A stretch of DNA of 63,932 nt, counting the filler, from Octopus bimaculoides (Eukaryota), in NCBI RefSeq assembly GCF_001194135.2. It is 7 parts of 6 records of this genome, joined end to end, with 100 filler letters (N's around TTAATTAATTAA, not from the genome) between each part and the next. Parts side by side here need not be neighbours in the genome. Positions count along the whole stretch, not along the records: positions 1 to 11,922 come from NC_068983.1; positions 12,023 to 16,806 come from NC_068991.1; positions 16,907 to 46,347 come from NC_068995.1; 4 more parts are not named here. One strand, written 5' to 3'. The position numbers and the translations under genes were made by a program. How positions within the stretch are numbered: the stretch's first letter is position 1; each line of letters opens with the position of its first letter. Under the pieces are notes generated by a model. The model did no database searches, was not told the origin of the DNA, and worked only from the letters and a program-made list of their open reading frames with translations. Below, in pieces: positions 11,105 through 24,443 of the stretch.

Positions 11105-11967
11105 GTGTGNNNNNNNNNNNNNNNNNNNNNNNNNNNNNNNNNNNNNNNNNNNNNNNNNNNNNNNNNNNNNNNNNNNNNNNNNNNNNNNNNNNNNNNNNNN
11201 NNNNNNNNNNNNNNNNNNNNNNNNNNNNNNNNNNNNNNNNNNNNNNNNNNNNNNNNNNNNNNNNNNNNNNNNNNNNNNNNNNNNNNNNNNNNNNNNNNNN
11301 NNNNNNNNNNNNNNNNNNNNNNNNNNNNNNNNNNNNNNNNNNNNNNNNNNNNNNNNNNNNNNNNNNNNNNNNNNNNNNNNNNNNNNNNNNNNNNNNNNNN
11401 NNNNNNNNNNNNNNNNNNNNNNNNNNNNNNNNNNNNNNNNNNNNNNNNNNNNNNNNNNNNNNNNNNNNNNNNNNNNNNNNNNNNNNNNNNNNNNNNNNNN
11501 NNNTATATATATAGTATAGGACAATCAGTAAGTTGTCATAATTAAACGTTTTTTTTCATAGCGTCTATCGTTAAAATAGCCAATGAAAATGCCTCGAAGC
11601 TCTTAGCTCCGGTATTTGAAACTCTGAGTTCTCTTATGACAACTTACTGATTGTCCTATATATATATATATATATAACTTCCTGTATTTACATAAAATCC
11701 AGGTCTCATTCTTTTGTTGTCATTTTATTATTATTATAAATATATATACATATGTATATAGATATACATACATGCATATATGTATGTGTATTTATATATA
11801 TATATGTACATATATACACACATATATACATATATATGCATATATATATGTGTATATATATACACACATATATACATATATATATATGCATATATATATG
11901 TATATATATATATATATATATANNNNNNNNNNNNNNNNNNNNNNNNNNNNNNNNNNNNNNNNNNNNT

Positions 11968-11979
11968 TAATTAATTAAN
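11968..11979. other. Artificial scaffold linker TTAATTAATTAA in N spacer (also 16851, 46392, 53958, 56584, 61380)
   Basis: An identical 12-mer with stops in all six frames, flanked by about 44 N on each side (100-bp spacer). Confidence 0.9.
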
Positions 11980-12027
11980 NNNNNNNNNNNNNNNNNNNNN
12001 NNNNNNNNNNNNNNNNNNNNNNATATA

Positions 12028-12063
<36 letters not shown>

Positions 12064-12454
12064 TGGAAAAAAAAGTCAAGGTAGAAAATGGTAAAATAAT
12101 TTTAAAAAAACATTTCAGTACCGGTTTCGGTCATTGAGACTTTTTCGACTGTAAGTAGGGAAAACAATTAAATTTTGGAGAAATTAAAAGAAAAGTTCTT
12201 TAAAAGAATATTTGCATAGTATTCAAATACAAGGGGCATTTTCCTTGTTTCTGCTTGTCACACTTTGTGTCACGCTGAATCTCCCTGAGAACTACGTGAA
12301 GGGTACGCGTTTCTGTGGAGTGCTCACACACATACGAGCATACATACATGAAGGCATGCATATATACACGTGTGTATGTGTGCGTGCGTACATAATGTAC
12401 ATACATACGAACATACATACACACAGATATCAATATGATAGATTGATAGCCACT

Positions 12455-12625
12455 ACACATTCTTTATTTTCTCTCCTTGTTTCTTTCTGTGTTCCTTTTT
12501 GTGGAAGAGCGTAGGCTCGAAACATTACAGACTTTTTCACTTCCCGAGCGTTAAACTAATACATTTGTTTGTTGTATACACCATCTGTCTTCGTTTTTCG
12601 TTTTTTTTTTCTGACTTCTCCCCCT
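12455..12625 (+). mobile_element. Family P1 Penelope-like repeat, copy 2
   Basis: Contains gaagagcgtaggctcgaaac and ttcccgagcgttaaactaatacat, and lies between microsatellites. Confidence 0.6.
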
Positions 12626-13274
12626 ATATATTGATGTTTATGTATGAATGTATGTATATATGTATGAATGTATATATATGTATGTATGTATGAATGTATG
12701 TATTAACACGAGCACCAAAACTTCTAAATGTAGAGTAAAACAAAAGTAAAATATTTAAAATAAACTTCTCTCTTCAATGGACGACATATTGCCTCTAAAT
12801 AAATGATGTCATCTGTCACATGACCTCAGTCACATGTCCCCCCCCCCTTGGAATTTGTCTTTAACGCCTCTGCTTAACAAATCTGAACAATTAACTGCTA
12901 AGGTTATCAATTTACCATTAGAATTAGCTGAACGCTGTTTGCATGTCTGTCTCTTAATTGTTTCAAACGAGTATTTTATGTCCAACCAAGTGGCATAACA
13001 GATATAACTTAATGCTTAATTAATCCAACTGAAAGTTTAGGATTAACGCATTTATATTGCATCGTTAGAGAAGACTTTAATCTATAAGAAAACCTATATG
13101 AGATCGATATAAACTGTAACCTGATTTTTGAAGATTGGCAAAAGTAACGACGGGTCAATCAATGAGAGAGAGAGGGGGGGAAGAAAAGGAGAGAGAGAGG
13201 GGAGAAGAGGAGAGAGTGAGAGTGAGAAAAGGTATCTGTGTGGTTGTTGTAAATAAGGAGTGAGGATAAAATTT

Positions 13275-13495
13275 ACATCATTCTCTTTTAATCATCATCA
13301 TTATCGTCACTAATTTGAACATTACCACCGTCATCGTTGTCATAATCATCGCCGTCGTTATCATTATCATCGTCATCATCGTCATCATTGTCATCATTAT
13401 CATCATCATCATCAACATCATCATCATCATCATCATCATCATTATCAATATCATCATCATCAACATCATTATCATCAACATTATCATCACCATAG
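13275..13495. repeat. (ATC)n-rich trinucleotide low-complexity tract
   Basis: Degenerate atc/atcatt repeats. These explain the poly-I/M/D ORFs in the track. Confidence 0.9.
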
Positions 13496-13766
13496 ATAGA
13501 GAGATCTACATGTATGCATATATAAAACACACATACATGTATATATATACATACATATGTGTGTGAGCGTTTGTGTATTTCTTAATATTAACGAATAAGT
13601 GAGTTCAAATTCCCGTGAGATCCTATTTACCTTTTGGGGTTCTATAAAATGAGTACTGAGGGAAATTTAAACGACTCACGATTTCTAAAATTCCTGGCCT
13701 TGCGCCAAAATTTGAAACCGATATTGGCAAGTGAGAGCAAAGGCAAAATCCACTCGGTTCCATTGC

Positions 13767-13800
<34 letters not shown>

Positions 13801-15319
13801 ACAACTAAACAAAAACATATATTCAAAATTTGCAGTTTGTAAACGTAAGAGAAAGAGAGAAAACAAGGAAATAGAATAGAACAGAAAATGTTTAAAAACA
13901 AATTATCTCCCTTTTCAGATAATGCGTCATTACTCTACTTTAATCATTTATGCCGCCATTTTTTCTTCTATTTTTATTATGGGGAGGGAGATGTATTGGG
14001 CATCAACCAAGTTTTATATACATTCGATCAGGGTCGATCTTCTATGTTTGGTTTTCGCTTTTCTATTCGTTTGTTACGGCAGTGGCATTTTCTTTATTTC
14101 GTTTTCGCTTTTTATGGATTATTGAGCCTTTGTTTTATCATTATGGATCCCTATCGTTATACCGTCCATTGTTTTTCTGATACTGCTATTTCACTGCCAT
14201 TATACTGAAGTTAAATGTTAACACAAAACTCTGTTTTAAGATAGTAGAATATTTTATGGTGGTAGACGTTCATTTAAAATGGATTATATTTTAAGTCTCA
14301 ATGACAATATTCAAGACAGTTTGACGATATTTGACGTAAAATAGCTACATTTAAAACAAAAGGACAATATTTCAAAATGCTTGTATTATATTTAAGAAGG
14401 TAGAAATTGTGGCTGATGGTGCTTTGAAGATTGAGTCTTGCTGCTCTCCATCGTTTTCCTTTCTCCGTTTCTTCTCCTCTTCAGTGTGAAAATCCTTCAG
14501 GTGTTTCATGCTCCAACGGTTATCACAACTAAGCATTTGCTCTGAAAAACCAACTGCATCGTTTTTACCTCAGCGCCTACGACAAGGCATAGATCCGATA
14601 CATTCCTCTGGCCGCCATTAAAGTGTGTACTACCCTCAATTCACACCATGCATTCATTTCAATTTTCACAGCATCCACCCATTTCAAGCGCTACCTGCTG
14701 CAAACATGAGATTTTCGATTCGCTGACTAAGTGTCAAGGCACCCACCTTACGAGAATGGCAAGCGATTCAAGTGAGGGACACCGTTTAGTCGCCGCCCAC
14801 TCGGCCATGAAATAAGTGTCACTAGTTTACATGGTACCAATAGCAAGTCACGTCAGCCTGTGACGAGATTCCTGACCGGACTATAGATCCGTCCATTAGG
14901 AACCTGTAATTCGGGACGCTAATGTTCACCAGTCGCTATATAAAATAAATAAAACCAGAAATAAATTAAAATTGGCTTCAGTACTTAACCTACCATTTAG
15001 TTTGTTTACCGAAAGCTAAGTCTGCCTCAGCAGTATTTGAACGTAGGAACTCTCAAAGTGCACCTAAGGAAATGCGAGAATAATAATTTATCGTTAAATA
15101 ATTGCCACTTTTTACATACATCTCTATGTTGTATTCTTGTTTATCTCATGCTCCGTAGCATTTGGATATCACAGATATCACAGATTAAAGGAAAATTAGC
15201 GGCTCTTATTTCCTAGCTGCTATCGTTTGTGGAAAAACAATCAATCTAGTAAAAAGCTGACACTTAATAATACATAACCAACCCTTGAAAAACACTAACA
15301 CAGGCTCTCGCAAAAACAC

Positions 15320-15376
<57 letters not shown>

Positions 15377-15597
15377 CGCGTGTAAATACATGCATATATA
15401 TATTTTTACATGTGTATATATATATATACAAATATACACGTACGCACGCACGTATGTTCGCACTTGGCCGGTCCTAGAGGAAATGAGTCTCAAGAAAGGA
15501 GAGAAAAAATACGTAACTGTACAGGCAGGAGTTTAGTTTCAAATGCAGTGTGAGTATATTACTCGTATACACATATATATACATATGTATATATATA

Positions 15598-15657
<60 letters not shown>

Positions 15658-16524
15658 AACACACACATGCATATTTAAATAGACATGCAGACACTCGCAC
15701 ACACACACGCACATATACATACATATATATATATATATTCATATATGTGTGTGTATTTAATGTGCACCTAATAATTAATAGCTTTACCTTGTATTTCCAT
15801 TCGTATGTCTGTGTGTGTGTTTGTGTGTGTGTATGTACACACACACACACAACACAAACATATACATACATAAATACACACATACATACACACACTTACA
15901 TACATACACATACATACATACTTACTTGCATACATACACATACATATATATATACATACATACATATACATACATACATATATATATATACATACATACA
16001 TACATACATACATGCTCGTAAACACTTACACACATACACACACGGAGAATAGGTGCAATGGACAGTTATAGAGGTCTCATTAAAAGCTATCTGAAATTGA
16101 TGGTTGATTTGCGTGTCAGCAATAGCTAACTCAGCCAGACTTTGGCACCGTTTACCAATCTCTAGTGTTCTGCTCCGTTCGATATGTATGTTTTTTTGTT
16201 TTTTTTTTTGTTATTCTTGTTTACCTTTTTTTTTCTTTTTTTTTTTTGTTTCACTGACATACGCAACTTAGTGAGAGAGATGAATGAAGATTAATTCTAA
16301 GTTTTCTACCACCATCAGCAGCTTCGCACCAACACCGCCACCGCAGATAACGCCGACAAAACCGATATTACCATTATCAACACACATGTGTTGTTGCTAC
16401 TACTACTACTACGACGACGACGTCGACGACGACGACGGCGACCAGCATCACCACCACCACTACTAGCATCATCACGACCACGACTAATACCACTGCTATT
16501 ACTACATTTACTACTAGTCTCACC

Positions 16525-16700
16525 GTGGAGCCGCAATGGCCCAGTGGTTAGGGCAGTGGACTCGCGGTCATAGGATCGCGGTTTCGATTCCCAGACCGGG
16601 CATTGTGAGTGTTTATTGAGCGAAAACACCTAAAAGCTCCACGAGGCTCCGGAAGTGGATGGTGGCGAACCCTGCTGTACTCTTTCACCACAACTTTCAA
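16525..16700 (+). mobile_element. tRNA-derived SINE, family D
   Basis: The tRNA-like head has an A box (tggcccagtgg) and B box (ggtttcgattcc), but it is followed by a non-tRNA body and lacks a proper acceptor stem. Confidence 0.7.
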
Positions 16701-17487
16701 ACTGCTAATCACCCTGAATATTACGAAGAAATGATTACAACACGGTTTGGAAGCTTCAATTAATTTTCAGTAATTATTAAAGTAGTTTTTTTTTTGTTTT
16801 AAAATTNNNNNNNNNNNNNNNNNNNNNNNNNNNNNNNNNNNNNNNNNNNNTTAATTAATTAANNNNNNNNNNNNNNNNNNNNNNNNNNNNNNNNNNNNNN
16901 NNNNNNATATATATATATATAATATACACAAATATATATATATATATGTGTGTGTGTATATATGTACACACACACACACATATATATATATACCTTTGTG
17001 TGTGTATGTGTGTGTGCATAATACACACTCGCACATGTGTGTATACACATGCACGTATGTATATATATATATATATATGTACAGATATATGTACAGATAT
17101 ATATATATATATATACGTGCATGTGTATATACACATGTGTGAGTGTGTATTATGTACACACACACACATAAGCATATATATAGATATATATGCACTCGCA
17201 TGTGCGTGTGTGTGTGTACCATATGTTGTTGCTATATTTTTCCATTACAGAAAGTGACTTAACATCTTCCACTACTGTCACGCTTCTAAATACGGTTCAG
17301 CTGGCTTTAGCTTGCCTCTGTCCTCAGTCAACATGCAACATGCATACATACATAAACATATACATGCACACACACATCACAACGTATACATACATATACA
17401 CACACACAATTATTATTGCCACATTGTGTCCAAAGGTATTGGGTAATGTAGAGAAAGACGTGTATGCAGGGGGCAACGAGCACTGAT

Positions 17488-17545
<58 letters not shown>

Positions 17546-17714
17546 AACCAAGTCCTTGAAGTCCATACAGATAATATTCCCACCAGTCTTCCATAGTTAT
17601 TTATATAAAAGTGAAAGCTTTTATATTCTATTCTTTCCAAAAAACAAACTCGAATGAACCTAACTATTAATAATAATAATAATAATAATAATAATGATAA
17701 TAATAATATATTTC

Positions 17715-17990
17715 TTTATTGCCCACAGGGGGCTAAACACAGAAGGGACAAACAAGGACAGACAAAGGGATTAAGTCGATTACATCGTCCCCAGTGCGTA
17801 ACTGGTACTTATTTGATCGACCCCGAAAGGACCCCCCAGTGTTCAACTGGTTCTTATTTTGCCAATCCCGAACGGATGAGAGGCAAAGTCGGCCTCGGCT
17901 GAATTTGAACCCAGAATGTGAAGTTGAACGAAATGCCGATAAGCAATTTACCTGGCGTATTAATGTTCCTGCTAGCTCGCCGTCCTTCAG
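17715..17990 (-). mobile_element. Two tandem family B SINE segments
   Basis: The reverse-complement family B core (ccccagtg..actggt(a/t)cttattt..gatc..cccgaa) occurs twice. Confidence 0.75.
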
Positions 17991-18734
17991 ACGCTAAATA
18001 TTATTGCGCAGTCTACAGTTTTGTTTACACATTATGCTAGATACCAAGCTGCAATTGTTAGTGTGTTGGTCTTTCACTGTGCATGCATTTACTGAGTAGT
18101 TCTGGTGTAGAATTAAGGTAGACGTCTGGCAGTCTTCGAGCGCTTCAATACTAACTGCTCTTTGCTCAGTTAAGCATAAATCATGTGTTTTGCTGTCAAT
18201 TTTGAATTGTCTGAATTTTTTCAGCATTTTCTATTTGCACTCTAATTTCCGGGCTGTAACTTTCAATACATACAGCTGATACAATACATATAGTTGATAG
18301 ATGTCTTAAGTAATAATATCACGACTTAAATAGATAGACAGTTATACTACGTATCGTAAATTTTCTTTTAGTCATGCCTATATATCGCTATACATCTTCC
18401 GTTTAGGAGCGGAAATAATTTGTTCTCAACGGCCCGATGAGTATTCTTATAGTATTCTTATATAAGTTTGACATAATTGTGCGTAACGATTCGCCGCTGA
18501 TGGATCATATTAGTTGTCTGTATTGCATTAAACTCTGCCACCCTGGTATTGAGTGTTCTCATCTCTTATATATGCCAAACACATGTCTATTATATTTGCA
18601 TACATAGGTGTACATATAAATATAAATACATACATAAACACACACATACACACGCACTTATGTATATGTATATGTGCGCGCACGTGTATGTAAATATCTA
18701 TCTGTCTGTCTGTCTTTCTATCTATATATATATA

Positions 18735-18900
18735 GGAGATGTTTCTATGTGGCCTGCTTGTTTGTTGCACCTTGTTTACCATTTTGTCCATGTTCTTTTG
18801 CCACGTCATGTACCCAGTTATGTATCTATATGTACATGTGGATGAAGGTATATACATACATGTACATATATATGCATATACTCATATATTGTTTATATAT
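18735..18900 (+). mobile_element. Penelope-like repeat family P3 (near-identical to 35455-35640; diverged copy at 45700-45900)
   Basis: gatgtttctatgtggcctgcttgtttgttgcaccttgtttaccattttgtcc...catatactcatatattgtttatat occurs at both loci. Confidence 0.65.
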
Positions 18901-18940
18901 ATATACAAGCACGATCGCACGCACTCACATGCACACAAAC

Positions 18941-19051
<111 letters not shown>

Positions 19052-20531
19052 TAGCCCGAAGGAAGGGTTGTTCGTTTAGCTAAAGCTTTGGTTGGTCCTC
19101 TGCTCTTCGTAACCATTTCTGGTAACACCCGACGCCAACAAAAAAGGCGGAACAAAGCAGTTGATCCTATTGGTGGTGGTGGTGGTGGTGTTGTTGTTGT
19201 TGTTGTTGTTGTTATTGTTGTTGTCGTCGTCATCACGTTGTTATTGTTGTTCTTGCGTCTTTGCCTCTGTTATTGTTGCTGTTTGGCTGAGAACGGTGTC
19301 AATGGTCTTAGTGGTGAAAATAGTTTCTTCCATATTGGTTAATGTCTTTTGATAGCGTTACATAGAAATGGTTTCGTTCAAGTAGTGTTGGGTGTTGTTT
19401 GTGTTAGTATTGTTGTTGTTGTTGTTGATATGGTTTTGGTTGCTCTTGTTTGTTTGTTTGTTTGTTCGTTTTTGTTCTTTTGATAGCGTTTAAGATGAAA
19501 ATAGTGTTAGGATGAAATGTTTTCGTTCGAGTGGTGTTTAGTATATGTATGTATTATGTATGTATGTATGTATGTGTGTGTGTATGTGTGTGTGTGTACA
19601 CACAGGTAAATAGTAGTTTCTTACTATTCTGTAACTTTATATGCTATATGTAAGTATATTCGTGTGTGTGTGTGTGTGTGTGTGTGTGNNNNNNNNNNNN
19701 NNNNNNNNNNNNNNNNNNNNNNNNNNNNNNNNNNNNNNNNNNNNNNNNNNNNNNNNNNNNNNNNNNNNNNNNNNNNNNNNNNNNNNNNNNNNNNNNNNNN
19801 NNNNNNNNNNNNNNNNNNNNNNNNNNNNNNNNNNNNNNNNNNNNNNNNNNNNNNNNNNNNNNNNNNNNNNNNNNNNNNNNNNNNNNNNNNNNNNNNNNNN
19901 NNNNNNNNNNNNNNNNNNNNNNNNNNNNNNNNNNNNNNNNNNNNNNNNNNNNNNNNNNNNNNNNNNNNNNNNNNNNNNNNNNNNNNNNNNNNNNNNNNNN
20001 NNNNNNNNNNNNNNNNNNNNNNNNNNNNNNNNNNNNNNNNNNNNNNNNNNNNNNNNNNNNNNNNNNNNNNNNNNNNNNNNNNNNNNNNNNNNNNNNNNNN
20101 NNNNNNNNNNNNNNNNNNNNNNNNNNNNNNNNNNNNNNNNNNNNNNNNNNNNNNNNNNNNNNNNNNNNNNNNNNNNNNNNNNNNNNNNNNNNNNNNNNNN
20201 NNNNNNNNNNNNNNNNNNNNNNNNNNNNNNNNNNNNNNNNNNNNNNNNNNNNNNNNNNNNNNNNNNNNNNNNNNNNNNNNNNNNNNNNNNNNNNNNNNNN
20301 NNNNNNNNNNNNNNNNNNNNNNNNNNNNNNNNNNNNNNNNNNNNNNNNNNNNNNGACATACTTAAGAATCAAAACTAACTCAGGATCTTTTGTAGTTGTT
20401 GCACTTTTCGCGCTGTTACCTTCTCCCTGCTACCAGATTCTAAAGTTGGAAGCAAAGCCTTCAAAAAAACAAAAACAAAAAAAACAAGAAAACCACCTCC
20501 ACCGCCACCATCGCCATCATCACCATGCTCA

Positions 20532-20583
<52 letters not shown>

Positions 20584-20984
20584 TACACACACAGAGAGTT
20601 TCTCCATCACCGATTCTCAAATTTCCTCGTTGCCTCGTTCCAATGAAGAATTAGCAACTTCAGAGAAGCGACACCAAATCAAGGCCGAGTCTCTTATAGT
20701 TTGTGATATGCCATTGTTGTTGTTGTTGTTGTTCTTGTGGCCGATGTGGTTATTGTTGTAATTGTTATTGTTGTTGTTGTTGTGGTTACTGTTGTTGTCG
20801 CTGTTGTGATTGTTGTTGCTGCTTGTTTTTTTATGTGCTTTTATAGTCACACATCCATTGTAGTTGATGTTTTGTTATGTCTTCGCCTTAAGGATTTTCT
20901 TACAATCCACTGAATTGTTTGAGTTGGTGGTAGTAAAAAAGTTCCTTCCCGAGTCTTTTAGACTAGCGTGGTCGCTTTCCCGGT

Positions 20985-21186
20985 TTCCATAGCGTATTTA
21001 TTCCTCACCTGGACAGGACTCCGGTCCTATTACTAATTTTTGCCAGCTGAGTGGACTGGAGCAACGTGAAATGAAGTGTTTTGCTCAAGAACACAACGCA
21101 TCGCCCGATCCAGGAATCGAAACCACAAGCTTACGATCATAACCACTAAGTCCAACACCATAACCACTAAGCCACGCGCCTCCACA
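20985..21186 (-). mobile_element. Family C SINE
   Basis: Minus head gtggaggcgcgtggcttagtggttatggtgttgg..ttcgattcctgg and the CORE-like ttgtgttcttgagcaaaacactt. Confidence 0.8.
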
Positions 21187-21316
21187 TTGAGTTGGTGGAC
21201 AAAAGGATAAAATATTTAGCGGTTTTTGTAAAGATGTTTTTATTCAGAAGTGAAGCAGCACTGTCTGTGACATTGAGCAAGGCCTCCGAGACAGATGTGT
21301 GTGTGTGTGTGTGTGG

Positions 21317-21347
<31 letters not shown>

Positions 21348-21729
21348 GATATCCTCTAACTACAAACCTTGGCTAAATGCTTGCAAGGAAGTAGACTCTA
21401 CTGAAACCCACCAAAGCGTAGCGTGGTGGTGAAGGGTTAGATACACCGGCTGAATATGTCAAGGCGAGAGTTGAACTTCGAACGTCAATACGGCAGTGCA
21501 CCCGGTCCGTCATTGTTACGAATCCGCCAATCTATCATCTTGGATACATACTTTCTTTTTTATTGAGTCCGAAAGGATGAAATGCGAATTGATCTCTCAA
21601 TGCGAAATTTGAACTCTCACCGCAGAGAATTGAAACAAATACAGCGAAGCTTTGCCTGACACTCTTACGGCTCGGCCAGTTTGCTGCTCCGGTTCTTTAC
21701 CTTCTGACTTCTATCTATTTCTGTCATTC

Positions 21730-21830
21730 TCAACCGTGGTCCATATGACTCATAGGGCTCAATAGAATCGTGGTCCATATGATTCACAGGAGTCCATTTA
21801 ACCGTGGTCCATATGAATCATAGACGTTCA
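21730..21830. repeat. Three diverged tandem copies of a unit of about 35-37 bp (ccgtggtccatatga.tca)
   Basis: Seen directly. It is preceded by cattctcaacc, which resembles a hAT-MITE terminus. Confidence 0.7.
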
Positions 21831-21946
21831 TATAAGATATTGCTGTTAAAAATTTATGAGCAACAAATTCCTCATAAATACACAAAATATTCTAACAACA
21901 TTTTTAAATGCAATTCTTAATAATATTTCATTATAAAGCGGTGAGC

Positions 21947-22345
21947 TTGGCAGAATCGTTAGCACGCCGGGCGAAATGCTTAGCAGTATTTCGTCTGCCT
22001 TTACGTTCTGAGTTCAAATTCTGCCGAGGTCCACTTTCCCTTTTATCGATAAATTAAGTGCCAGTTGCGTACTGGGATCGATCCAATCGACTGGCTCCTT
22101 CCCCCAAATTTTCGGGGCTTGTGTCTAGAGCAGAAAAGAGTCGTTAGCACGCCGCACAAACAGCTCAGCGGCATTTCGTCTGGCTTTACGCTCTGAGATC
22201 AAATTCCGCCAAGGTCGATTTTGTCTTTCATCCTTTCGGGGTCAGTAAAATAAGTAATAGTTGAATACTGGGTGGGGGCAATGTAACTGACTGACCTCCT
22301 CCCTCAAAATAGCTGGCCTCGTATCAACATTTGAAACCAAATATT
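21947..22345 (+). mobile_element. Two head-to-tail family B SINE copies
   Basis: The first copy ends ctagagcagaaaaga, and the second begins immediately with gtcgttagcacgccg. Confidence 0.85.
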
Positions 22346-22400
22346 TCATTGTAAAAATATAACAGTTTTATAAAAAAAAAAAAACATCGAATGGCTATGA

Positions 22401-22626
22401 GTAAAGTAGGGATCAAACAAGTAAAGTAGGGATCAAACAAGTAAAGTAGGAGGATCAAACGAATAAAGTAGGGGGATCAAGCAAGTAATGTAGGGATCAA
22501 ACAAGTAAAGTAGGGGGATCAAACAAGTAATGTAGGGATCAAACAAGTAATGTAGGGATCAAACAAGTAAAGTAGGGATCAAAACGAGATCCCTACTTTA
22601 CCCGAGTAAAGTAGGGATCAAACGAG
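22401..22626. repeat. 20-bp minisatellite (gtaaagtagggatcaaacaa), about 10 copies, with one inverted unit
   Basis: Direct copies run from 22401. A perfect 14-bp inverted pair at 22567-22580 / 22588-22601 encloses a 7-nt loop. Confidence 0.9.
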
Positions 22627-23619
22627 TTCCATAGGCAAAATAACGTTTCAGAATCTGTTCTAATAGTATCGTTACCATCTATCAAACTTCCAACAGTATG
22701 GCTGACATCTCTTTCTATTTAGTGAGCTTCTCAATAGTATGGCAATAGTATGGCAATAGTATGGTTGACATTTGTCTATTCAACAAGCTGTGAGTGTGAT
22801 AAATAGCCTAAATATACAACTAGAAAACAAACAAGTTTTCCTTCGCGTCACCTTCTCTCGCCCCTCATCCTCCACTCCCCAAATATCTATTTTAAGAATG
22901 TATTTAACGAAGACACAAGCACACGCACGGGCACACACACACACACAATTACACAAACACAGAAACACACACTCGCGAAGAATTAGAGAAAAACAGAGAA
23001 AAAAAAAGGAGGGGTTGAAAGGAGAAAGTGAAGATCGAGAAAGAAAAAAAGGCAAAAATTGAAGAAAAGAGAACAGATATATATATATATATATATATAN
23101 NNNNNNNNNNNNNNNNNNNNNNNNNNNNNNNNNNNNNNNNNNNNNNNNNNNNNNNNNNNNNNNNNNNNNNNNNNNNNNNNNNNNNNNNNNNNNNNNNNNN
23201 NNNNNNNNNNNNNNNNNNNNNNNNNNNNNNNNNNNNNNNNNNNNNNNNNNNNNNNNNNNNNNNNNNNNNNNNNNNNNNNNNNNNNNNNNNNNNNNNNNNN
23301 NNNNNNNNNNNNNNNNNNNNNNNNNNNNNNNNNNNNNNNNNNNNNNNNNNNNNNNNNNNNNNNNNNNNNNNNNNNNNNNNNNNNNNNNNNNNNNNNNATA
23401 TATATAGAGAGAGAGAGGTGGGGAGAGTATCTTCCAGTTGGTTGCTAATGAAATATGTTATTGAATAAATGCAGTGTGGAGGATGTGGTGTCAAGGTCAG
23501 AGGATAAAGTAAGGGAAAGAGAGAAAGGCAGAGAAAGATAGAGGCAGAGAAAGAGAGAGAGAGAGAAAGGGAGAAAGAAATGGGAAGACAAAAATCAAGC
23601 ATATACTCTTTCTATACTG

Positions 23620-23850
23620 TCACTCTCAGATTCTGTACTCTCTGTACTCTCGTACTCCCACGTTCAGTACTCTCACTCTCACACCTACTGTACTCTCCCT
23701 CTCTGTACTCCCACGTTCAGTACTCTCACTCTCACACCTACTGTACTCTCCCTCTCTGTGCTCCCACGTTCAGTACTCTCACTCTCACACCTACTGTACT
23801 CTCCCTCTCTGTACTCCATCTTTCAGATCCTCTCTTCTCTCTGTACTCAC
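23620..23850. repeat. Minisatellite of about 53 bp (ctgtactctccctctctgtactcccacgttcagtactctcactctcacaccta), 3-4 copies
   Basis: Seen directly. Confidence 0.85.
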
Positions 23851-24411
23851 TCACTTGCGTTTCTGTCTCCTCTCGACTTTTTTTGTATTCGCTGTTTCGG
23901 TTTTTCAAAACTATTTTTGTATTGTTTTTTTTGTTGGTTGTTGTTATTGTTGTTTAGAGTTGAAATGTAGGGCGCGGTGGGGTGGAGCGTGGTGGAGTGG
24001 AGTATGATGTGGTGTACGTTTCTGGGGCGGGGGGTACNNNNNNNNNNNNNNNNNNNNNNNNNNNNNNNNNNNNNNNNNNNNNNNNNNNNNNNNNNNNNNN
24101 NNNNNNNNNNNNNNNNNNNNNNNNNNNNNNNNNNNNNNNNNNNNNNNNNNNNNNNNNNNNNNNNNNNNNNNNNNNNNNNNNNNNNNNNNNNNNNNNNNNN
24201 NNNNNNNNNNNNNNNNNNNNNNNNNNNNNNNNNNNNNNNNNNNNNNNNNNNNNNNNNNNNNNNNNNNNNNNNNNNNNNNNNNNNNNNNNNNNNNNNNNNN
24301 NNNNNNNNNNNNNNNNNNNNNNNNNNNNNNNNNNNNNNNNNNNNNNNNNNNNNNNNNNNNNNNNNNNNNNNNNNNNNNNNNNNNNNNNNNNNNNNNNNNN
24401 NNNNNNNNNNN

Positions 24412-24443
<32 letters not shown>

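Noticed and set aside
12490-12512. VPFCGRA as a TPMT PLCGK exon
   Set aside because: It is on the wrong strand and lies inside the P1 repeat.
16525-16600. tRNA gene candidate
   Set aside because: A and B boxes are present, but the cloverleaf and acceptor stem are degenerate and it continues into a SINE body.
21730-23850. Short tandem arrays as CRISPR-like repeats
   Set aside because: There are no unique spacers of constant length and no cas genes, and the context is eukaryotic. These are minisatellites.
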